A stretch of DNA of 64,000 nucleotides from Candidatus Oxydemutatoraceae bacterium (lineage in GTDB: Bacteria > Pseudomonadota > Gammaproteobacteria > Poriferisulfidales > Oxydemutatoraceae). The DNA lies in assembly GCA_965226235.1 (NCBI GenBank), contig OZ245335.1, positions 1,137,660 through 1,201,659 on the forward strand, in the 5' to 3' direction. This document shows, in pieces, positions 41,901 to 44,870 of the stretch. How positions within the stretch are numbered: position 1 is the stretch's first letter; each line of letters begins with the position of its first letter. The translations under genes and the position numbers were made by a program. The notes under the pieces were generated by a model. It did not search any database and was not told the DNA's origin. It saw only the letters and a list, made by a program, of their open reading frames with translations.

Positions 41901-43306
41901 CCTTCAGTGATGCTCACTTGCGTGGTGCTGCCGCGAACACGTATCCGGGGAATGTCGTCATCCAGCACCAGAACTGATGTCGACCCCGGCGACTTCAGCA
42001 CATAATATCTGGACTCCCCCTCCCCCAGCGCCAGCGCCAGCGCCGCTACCGTCGCCGTCACCGTCGTGTGCTCCTCGAACTCAAAGTCTGAAAACGTCGT
42101 CACCGCCAGTTGTGTCGTTGACACGCCCGCCGGAAACACCACAGTCTTCGTCGACGGCGCGTCCTCAAGTATGCGATTGGCATCTTGCGGTTCTTCAACC
42201 TCCGCAATCACCGTCAGCGTTGAAGACAGGTCGCCCGTGCGCGTCAACTCAAAGACAATCTCATCGCCTTCGATCACTTCCACCAGCCCGGAATCGCCGA
42301 CAGCACCCACTGCGGTGATGCTCACCGGCGTCGTGTCGTCGTCATCGAGGACCACAACCGATGCCGGCCTCGACGAAGCGTTATAGTATTCGTCATCCCC
42401 CGGCGACGCTGAATAATCCGGCGAAAATACCACCATCGCCATCACCGTCGCGTTCGACTCCACTATCGCGTCATCAACCGTCGGCACCCTCAGTTGCGTC
42501 GTTGACTCATCCGCCGGGAACATCACAGTCTTCTCAAACGGCGCGGTGATCCCAAATACGCTATTGGCATCTTGCGGTTCGTCAATCTGCACCGTCACCG
42601 TCAGCGATGAAGCCGTGTCGCCCGGGCGCGTCAACTCAAAGACAATCTCCTCGCCTTCGTCGACTTCCGGATTATCGGGATGCTCATCAGGATCGAGAGC
42701 GATCGTCACGAAGTCGTTGTCCACGATGGTGATAATCGTGTCGGGGGTCGTCACATCCCCACCATCAAGTATGACAGCCGATAAGCTACTAATAATGCTA
42801 ATTCGAGGGTCACTCTCGTTGTCTTGATAAAAATCAACCAACAGGGTCTCGTCTCCTTCCATTTGATCGTCATCCTTGACTATGAACTCATGACCCCCCT
42901 GGATAAAACCACGCCACTGCAAACCCCCACCCACCATCACCTGACTAAAGAACTCTCCGTGAATACCCTTAAGGTCCTTCTCAGGAATGGAGGCAGGAAC
43001 TTCATCATCAACATTACCACCAGGAACCAGGAATGAGACGTCGTCTGCGGATGCGGCGGATACGGATTTCTTCTCCAAGAGATAGTTAGCTACAAAAAGA
43101 CGAATCTCAAGCACCCTGTTATGGGGACGCTCGTCGGCTTCAAGAATGGCACGCCATACTATACTTCCCTCCATTTTCATTGATACGCACCTGCGTGGTC
43201 TCAGCATAAGCGCGCATTTCCGGAATGTCGTCATCCAGCACCAGAACCGACGCCGAGCTCGGCGACCCCACCGCATAATATCCGGGACCTCCCTCCGTTC
43301 CCGCAT
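23915..43306 (-). CDS. Giant Calx-beta-like repeat protein segment (6463 aa), about 16 triads of Calx-beta-like domains
   Basis: Track ORF. It shows a ~390-400-aa periodic triad. The first domain ends ..DD.MEGDETL(L/F).L....ITIVDNDFVTIA. The second reads PEV.EGEEIVFELTRPGD....LTVTV.I.EPQDANRVLEDTAPF.K.VVF.AG.ST.QLTVPT.DDA..E.N.TVTAVV. The third reads VEV.EGDEIVFELTRTGDL.S.LTV.V.IDEAGGDIL.DSVRSTEAV.FLPDM.T.QL.V.T..D.EFEPHT.VTA. These match the Calx-beta pattern (E.G..v.f.v.R.G......v....t........f..g...k...V...DD...E..E.F.v.L). The first ~55 residues of the listed ORF are out-of-sense overlap with ORF 43140..47378. Confidence 0.85.
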   Translation of the reverse strand: MRERREVPDIMRWGRRARRRFWCWMTTFRKCALMLRPRRCVSMKMEGSIVWRAILEADERPHNRVLEIRLFVANYLLEKKSVSAASADDVSFLVPGGNVDDEVPASIPEKDLKGIHGEFFSQVMVGGGLQWRGFIQGGHEFIVKDDDQMEGDETLLVDFYQDNESDPRISIISSLSAVILDGGDVTTPDTIITIVDNDFVTIALDPDEHPDNPEVDEGEEIVFELTRPGDTASSLTVTVQIDEPQDANSVFGITAPFEKTVMFPADESTTQLRVPTVDDAIVESNATVMAMVVFSPDYSASPGDDEYYNASSRPASVVVLDDDDTTPVSITAVGAVGDSGLVEVIEGDEIVFELTRTGDLSSTLTVIAEVEEPQDANRILEDAPSTKTVVFPAGVSTTQLAVTTFSDFEFEEHTTVTATVAALALALGEGESRYYVLKSPGSTSVLVLDDDIPRIRVRGSTTQVSITEGEAGAWPIILEADERPHLRAISARIFILARHDENASGGDIRVNLLGVLLRSVDTDAPREYRQPIEGSNFKQVEGVWQWHLSVVDFTAGEDEQMEGDEILFLDLEPAGVDSRISIINSLLPARLDVFGDEVSPDVIITIVDNDFVTIASNNPEVDEGEEIVFELTRPGDTTSELTVTVQIDEPQGANRVLEDTAPFTKTVMFLAGEPTTQLRVPTADDAIAESNAMVTAVVLPLPPDSSVLPGDDEYYNASPTPASVLVRDDEAALVTITPAVSAVDEGRQIVFELMRMGDLASSLTVGVAVEEPPDANRVLDDTAPSTKTVIFLADESTTQLRVDTVADRGFEPHTMVTATVLQGVEYVAGSPSTASILVRDNDIPETRVYPATTQVRISEGDPPYRRVEIILETDERPHTADVNISALFSYGYRLDRASVSAASQGGDVLLKAGGSQSIAFPSKSSFRVNASGLDFKQVEGHWRHSAFADFYRLEVRDDTEMEGDETLLAELAPGSNLDRRIEIIRSVPSRPNVNGQQVFPIAIITIVDNDFVTIASNNPEVDEGEEIVFELTRPGDTASELTVTVAIDERPDANRVLDDTVPFEKTVVFPTGKSTAQLTVRTADDAITKSDTTVTAVVLPLPPDSSVSPGDDEYYNAASTPAAVMVFDDETMRVTITAVGTVGDSSLVEVDEGDEIVFELTRTGDLASSLSGVFVEIDELGGDVVIISGRFVVFPAGVSTTQLAVRTISDLEFEPHTTVTATVPPAAVAEGEPGYYVPSSPRSASVLVLDDDIPEMQAYVATTQVRISEGGPPQGAWELILEADERPHEALASIFRFVFGYRLENASVSAASADDVSLESGNASFRFFTQSSLQRNISGSDFEQVAGRWRHSFFILSGQRLKAEEDEQMEGDETLLLDLEQNEDSRITLSSLPARRDVNDEEVFPEAIITIVDNDFVTIAPDPDEHPDNPEVAEGEEIVFELTRPAGTSTAQLTVTVQIDEPQDADLVLEETAPFEKTVMFLAGEPMARLTVPTVDDETVESNAMVTAMVVFSPDYSALPGDDEYYNASSTPASVLVLADEATLVSITAVGDVGDSGLVEVDEGDEIVFELTHSGDPAIELTVTVAIAEPPDANRVLEDAPFTKTVVFPAGQSTVQLAVTTFSDLEFEEYTTVTAVVRPAAVAAEEPGYYVVRSPGSASILVRDDDVPGINVYVASMQASVSEGSSFRLRVIAETLYDERPRYLDSDSAFSLAFSSTSRSALSQQDFEPVNEVVEIFYSEFQRVSKLVDEGVAFFYRQVVESTALVTIDDDLMEGDESLLLKLEKTLNLPDQIMILSPEVELTIEDNDFVTIAPAPDMTIAIDPDTTLGVVAKGTPINFVLTRPAGDLASELPVRVITEVSGTAPSMETVVFPAGASMAQLTVPPVDDAIVESDKTVTAVVLPLPPDSSVSPGDSEYYNAAPTPASLLVLADDTALVTITAVGAVGPSGLVEVIEGRELVFELTRTGDLSSPLTAVVGIDEAGGDILAAGVRSTEAVVFLPDMPTAQLAVRTVNDEDFEPHTTVTAVVVATAVAKEDPGYYVVRSPGSVSVLVRDNDVPRIDIYAASTQASVSEGSSFRLRVIAETLSDERPRSFDDRDGRLLSFGLAYSSESRSARFREDFEPVNEVVDIFFSEFQRVSKIVDGGVTFFYRQVVEFPALVTIDRDAGIDIDLMEGEESLLLKLERSANLHPQIRRLSPGRRVTLTIEDNDFVTIATGLGMRVATGPDMRVATDPDTTLGVVAKGTSINFVLTRPAGDLAPELPVTVITEVDGIAPSSTFTHVVVFPAGEAMAQLTVPPINDEGMSTVTAVVIPPDPPETPPTRTSSGKYYNAASTPASVLVLDDDTALVTITAGVGDSLPVEVTEGDEIVFELTRTGDSASSLTVGVEIEEPQDDNRVLEETAPFEKTVVFLAGESTRQLTVPTVNDEAYEQPTTVTAVVSPPDTVLGEPGHYYARLLGSASVRVLDDGFPAMRIYTASTQTRLNEGHGVYQAGIVMDAEAPPPSASGINIAFSDRRKEAGFPEDYPVFFNTFNPGHSGFQLLEDGVYRKVVYRAVTINDDDLMEGDETFGLLIERGPGLRPEYVIDPPGNGGFGPSMKSVHEVITIVDNDFVTIAPGKPEVAEGEEIVFVLTRPAVESTAQLTVTVQIGEPQDTNRVLEDTAPFTQEAVFPAGASTALLTVPTANDAIAESDTTVTAVVLPPDPSIAPPTGLESGEYYNAASTPASVLVRDNDTALVTITAVGAVGPSGLVEVIEGGELVFELMRTEGNLSSPLTVVVGIDEAGGDILADSVRSTEAVMFLPGMPTTQLAVPTVNDDEFEPHTTVTAVVVPPGTVLGEPGHYVVRSPGSTSVLVRDNDVPRIDIYAASTQASVSEGSGFRLRVIAETRYDERPRSFDDRDGRLLSFPLAYTSESGSARFREDFEPLNELVDIFFSEFQRVSVDGGVTFFYRQVVEFPALVTIDDDLMEGEESLLLKLERSANLHPQIRILSPGNRVTLTIEDNDFVTIAPDPGIRIATGSETLGVVAKGTPINFVLTRPAGDLAPELPVTVITETEVGGTAPSTFTQTVVFPEGMATAQLTVPTANDEGMLTVTALVIPPDPPETPPERTSSGKYYNAASTPASVLVLDDDTALVTITAGVGDSLLVEVTEGDEMVFELTRTGDPDVELAVKVVVEEPQDANRVLEETAPFEKTVVFPAGESAVQLTVPTVNDNPYEQPTAVTAVVSPPDTVLGEPGHYYVRSPGSASVRVLDDGFPAIRIYTASTRTSINEGHGVYQAGIVIDAEAPPPSDRGFSISFSTKGNSADSPEDYPAISNMFSPGLSGFELLEDGVYRKVVYIPVTIDDDDLMEGDETFGLVIERAGGLRPEYVIDPPGNFKGSPSPAHEAITIVDNDFVTIAPDLAPDKLGVAEGNEIVFVLTRPAVESTAQLTVTVAIGEPQDANRVLEDTAPFTQEAVFLAGDSMTQLTVRTANDATVEPDTTVTAVVLPPDPSIAPPTGLESGEYYNAASTPASLLVFDDDTTIVTIIAVGAVGDSRLVEVVEGEEIVFELTRAGNLASSLTVGVEIDEPQDANRVLEDTASSIKTVVFPVGESTRQLTVPTVNDDAYQQPTTVTAVVSPPDTVLGEPGYYEVGSPGSASVRVLDDGFPAMRIYTASTQTRLDEGHGVYQAGIVMDAEAPPPSDRGFFISFSTRSGGAGIPEDSPRLTISFNPGHSGFQRVSVDGGVTFFYRKVVYIPVTINDDDLMEGDERLGLLIEMGLVFPSEIVIDTPGNEGFDFSMGSVHEVITIVDNDFVTIAPDKLGVAEGTTINFVLTRPGGDLASSLTVTVQIGEPQDANRVLEEAAPFEKEAVFLAGASTALLTVPTANDAIAEPDTTVTAVVLPPDSSIAPPTGLESGEYYNAASTPASVVVLDDDTALVTITAVGAVGPSGLVEVIEGRELVFELTRTEGNLSSPLTAVVGIDEAGGDILADSVRSTEAVMFLPDMPTAQLAVPTVNDEDFEPHTTVTAVVVPPGTVLGEPGHYVVRSPGSTSVLVRDNDVPGINVYAASTQVSVSEGSGFRLRVIAETLSDERPRSFDDRDGRLLSFGLAYFSESRSAQFLEDFEPVNEVVEIFYSEFQRVSRIGDEGVTFFYRQVVEPSTLVTIDRKENEDIDLMEGEESLLLRLERSANLHPQIRILSPGDRVTLTIEDNDFVTIAPGPDIRIATGSETLGVVAKGTPINFVLTRPAGDLAPELPVTVITETEVGGTAPSTFTQTVVFPEGMATALLTVPTANDEGMSTVTALVIPPDPPETPPERTSSGKYYNAASTPASVLVLDDDTALVTITAGVGDSLLVEVTEGDEIVFELTRTGNLASSLTVGVEIDEPQDANRVLEDTVPLTPSTLPVVFPVGESTRQLTVQTMNDDAYEQPTAVTAGVSLPDTVLGEPGHYYVRSPGSASVRVLDDGFPQIRIYTASTQTRLNEGHGVYQAGIVMDAEAPPPEGFFIAFSSRRKGAEDPKDYSSLSNQVNPGPSGFELVDGVYRKVVYTPVTINDDDLMEGDETFGLLIERAPGLRPEIVIDDPGHRRFDFSGKGAHEVITIVDNDFVTIAPDNPEVAEGEEIIFVLTRPAVESTAQLTVTVAIGEPQDANRVLEDTAPFTQEAVFQAGDSMTQLTVRTANDATVEPDTTVTAVVLPPDPSIAPPTGLESGEYYNATSTPASLLVFDDDTTIVTITAVGAVGPSGLVEVDEGDEIVFELTRAGNLASSLTVGVEIEEPLDANRVLEDTASSIKTVVFPVGESTRQLTVPTVDDDAYEQPTMVTAVVSPPDTVLGEPGYYEVGSPGSASVRVLDDGFPAMRIYTASTQTRLSEGHGVYQAGIVMDAEAPPPEGFFISFSSKNNSANFPGDYPVFSNMFTPGHSGFKLLEDGVYRKVVYIPVTINDDDLMEGDETFGLVIERAGGLRPEYVIDDPGNEGFGFTMKSVHEVITIVDNDFVTIAPDNPEVAEGNEIVFVLTRPAVESTAQLTVTVQIGEPQDANRVLEDTAPFTQEAVFLAGDSMTQLTVRTANDATVEPDTTVTAVVLPPDPSIAPPTGLESGEYYNAASTPASLLVLDDDTALVSITAVGAVGPSGLVEVIEGRELVFELTRTGGNLSSLLTVVVGIDEAGDILSDSVRSTEAVMFLPDMPTTQLAVPTVNDEDFEPHTAVTAVVVPPDTVLGEPGHYVVRSPGSTSVLVRDDDIPEMQVYVVTTQVRISEGGPGQRGFSVIFEADERPHNDLVDKQFVLLIYEILLEKESVSAASGDDVSLKRGGESLVPFTTTIFKEGISGSDFKPVGGRLQWRLALGFSDSGFLLIAEDDDQMEGDETLLLDFRQSGIDPRISLINSLPEVEIDSISGRKVFPEAIITIVDNDFVTIASDNPEVDEGEEIVFALTRPGDLTSELTVTVAIDEPQDANRVLEDTAPFTKEVVFPADESMTRLTVPTVGDAIAESNATVTAVVLPLPPDSLVLPGDGEYYNASLTPASLLVLDDDTALVTITAVGTIGDSGLVEVGEGDEIVFELTHTGDPTSELTVTVGIDEAGGDILSDSVRPTEAVVFLPDMSTARLTVPTFSDLEFEPHTRVTATVLPAAVAEGESGYYAAGSPGSMSVLVLDDDIPEMRAYAETTQVRINENGGKYEWRAILDADERPHNRILAIRLFVANYLLEKKSVSAASADDVSFLIPGGSDDDEIPASVPERDFRDIHGEFFSQVMVDGGLQWRSVEIEGGHEFIVKDDDQMEGDETLLVDFYQDNDSDPRISLINSLPGRLDVDGDEVFPDTIITIVDNDFVTIAANNPEVDEGEEIVFELTRPGDTTSELTVTVAIDEPQDANLVLEETAPFEKTVVFLAGASTAQLTVPTVDDAIVGSNTTVTAVVVFSPDYSASPGDDEYYNASSRPASVVVLDTALVTITAVGAVGDSGLVEVDEGDEIVFELTRTGDLASLLTVVVGIDEAGGDILSDSVRSTEAVMFLPDMPTTQLSVTTFSDLEFEEHTTVTATVAAAAVAVGGAEYYVVRSPGSASVLVLDDDIPPMQAYVATTQVHISEGGPPQGAWEVILEADERPHDAFVNVELFIAGYSLEKASVSAVSADDVSVELNDVPIHVGLKTSFRDDISGSDFKQVAGRWRQSFLILSGVLKAEEDEQMEGDETLLFDLEQGNDSRITIINSLPGRPDVDGVGRFPEAIITIVDNDFVTIALDPDEHPDNLGVAEGEEIVFELTRPGDTASELTVTVQIDEPQDRNRVLEDTAPFEKEVVFLADESMTRLTVRTVGDAIVESNATVTAVVLPLPPDSLVSPGDDEYYNASLTPASVLVSAVRQFSLAFVPATTARVLAGGTTEVVVVLENPDVLMEGEQLLVSLQPTTVTVIPLELTLTSTMLQATFTIEARHDAVPPLGMVVASGEVLSGEDRVGVHAGWFRPLCRWRSRCDASAWWF

Positions 43307-44870
43307 CCGCCGGTAGTACCGTCGCCGTCACCGTGGTGTGCTCCTCGAACTCATTGTCGGCAATCGTGGACACCCTTAGTTGCTGCCTTAAGTCGCCCGC
43401 CGGAAACAACGATGTCATTTCTGTCTGATTGCCATCTCCCGCTTCTTCAACCAACACCGTCACCGGCAGTTCTGAAGTCGGGTCGCCCGTGCGCGTCAAC
43501 TCAAAGACAATCTCCCCGCCTTCGCTCACTTCCACCAGCCCGGAATCGCCGACAGCACCCACTGCGGTGATCGTCACCAGCGTCACCAGCGGCGTGTCGT
43601 CGTCATTGAGGACCACAACCGATGCCGGCCTCGACGAAGCGTTATAGTATTCCTCATCCCCCGGCGACGCTGAATAATCCGGCGAAAATACCACCATCGC
43701 CGTCACCGTCGTGTTCGACCCCACTATCGCGTCATCAACCGTCGGCACCCTCAGTTGCGTCGTTGACTCATCCGCCGGGAACATCACAGTCTTCTCAAAC
43801 GGCGCGGTGATCCCAAATACGCTATTGGCATCTTGCGGTTCTTCAATCTGCACCGTCACCGTCAGCGATGAAGCCGTGTCGCCCGGGCGCGTCAACTCAA
43901 AGACAATCTCCTCGCCTTCGTCGACTTCCGGATTATTGGCAGCGATCTTCACGAAGTCGTTGTCCACGATGGTGATAATCGTGTCGGGGAACACCTCATC
44001 ACCATCAACATCAAGCCTGCCCGGTAAGCTATTAATAAGACTAACTCGAGGGTCACTACTGTTGTCTTGATGAAAATCAACCAACAGGGTCTCGTCTCCT
44101 TCCATTTGATCGTCATCCTCGGCCCTGAGCGCAGCAAACGAGTTGATAGGATCACGCCACTGCCCACTCCCCATCACCTGACTAAATTCCAATCCATGAA
44201 TATCCCTTCGAACGCCCGCAGGACCGGAGATAGAAGCTCCAAAATCACCACCAGGAAACTGGCGTGAGACGTCGTCTGCGGATGCGGCGGATACGGATTC
44301 CTTCTCCAAGAGATAGCGAATGCTAAAAATATCAATAGCAATCTGCTGCCTGTGAGCAAACGGCCTGTTATGGGGACGCTCGTCGGCTTCAAGAATGGCA
44401 CGCCACAGATACAGCTCTCCACCTTCACGGATACGCACCTGCGTGGTCGCAGCATAAACGCGCATTTCCGGAATATCGTCATCCAGCACCAGAACCGACG
44501 CCAACCCCGGCGACCCCGCCGCATAATACCCAGACTCCCCCTCCGCTACCTCCGCCGGTGCTAGCAACGCCGTCACCACCGTGTCCTCCTCGAACTCAAG
44601 GTCTGAAAACGTCAGCACCGCCAGTTGTGTCATTGACACGCCCGCCGGAAACACCACAGTCTTCTCAAACGGCGCGGTGTCATCAAGTACGCGATCGGCA
44701 TCTCGCGGTTCGTCAATCTCCACCGTCACCGTCAGCGGTGAAGTCAGATCGCCCGTGCGCGTCAACTCAAAGACAATCTCATCGTCTTCGTCCACTTCCA
44801 CCAGCGAAGAATCGCCGACAGCGCCCACTGCGGTGATCGTCACCAGCGTCGTGTCACCGCCGCCGCCGCC
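24290..44870 (-). repeat. Coding tandem array of about 17 Calx-beta-like triads (unit ~1.16-1.22 kb)
   Basis: First-domain starts fall at about 25110, 26350, 27610, 28770, 29930, 31150, 32340, 33520, 34700, 35880, 37100, 38300, 39540, 40760, 41940, 43210 and 44470. There are three first-domain types: c (..TTQVRI.EGG......ILEADERPH..), a (IYTASTQTRL.EGHGVYQAGIVMDAEAPPP) and b (I.(I/V)YAASTQ.SVSEGS.FRLRVIAET..DERPR). The N-to-C order is c5-(a/b)9-c3. The motif gtcacgaagtcgttgtccacgatggtgat (ITIVDNDFVT) recurs once per triad. Confidence 0.85.
27600..38330 (-). repeat. a/b-type triad block containing a ~3.55-kb super-repeat (a-a-b read left to right on the plus strand; b-a-a in protein N-to-C order) in two full, highly similar copies
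   Basis: Antisense marker ORFs recur at 27674 / 31223 / 34778 (offsets 3549 and 3555) and at 30381 / 33960 (offset 3579). The latter pair share about 95% of 128 translated residues. Confidence 0.8.
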
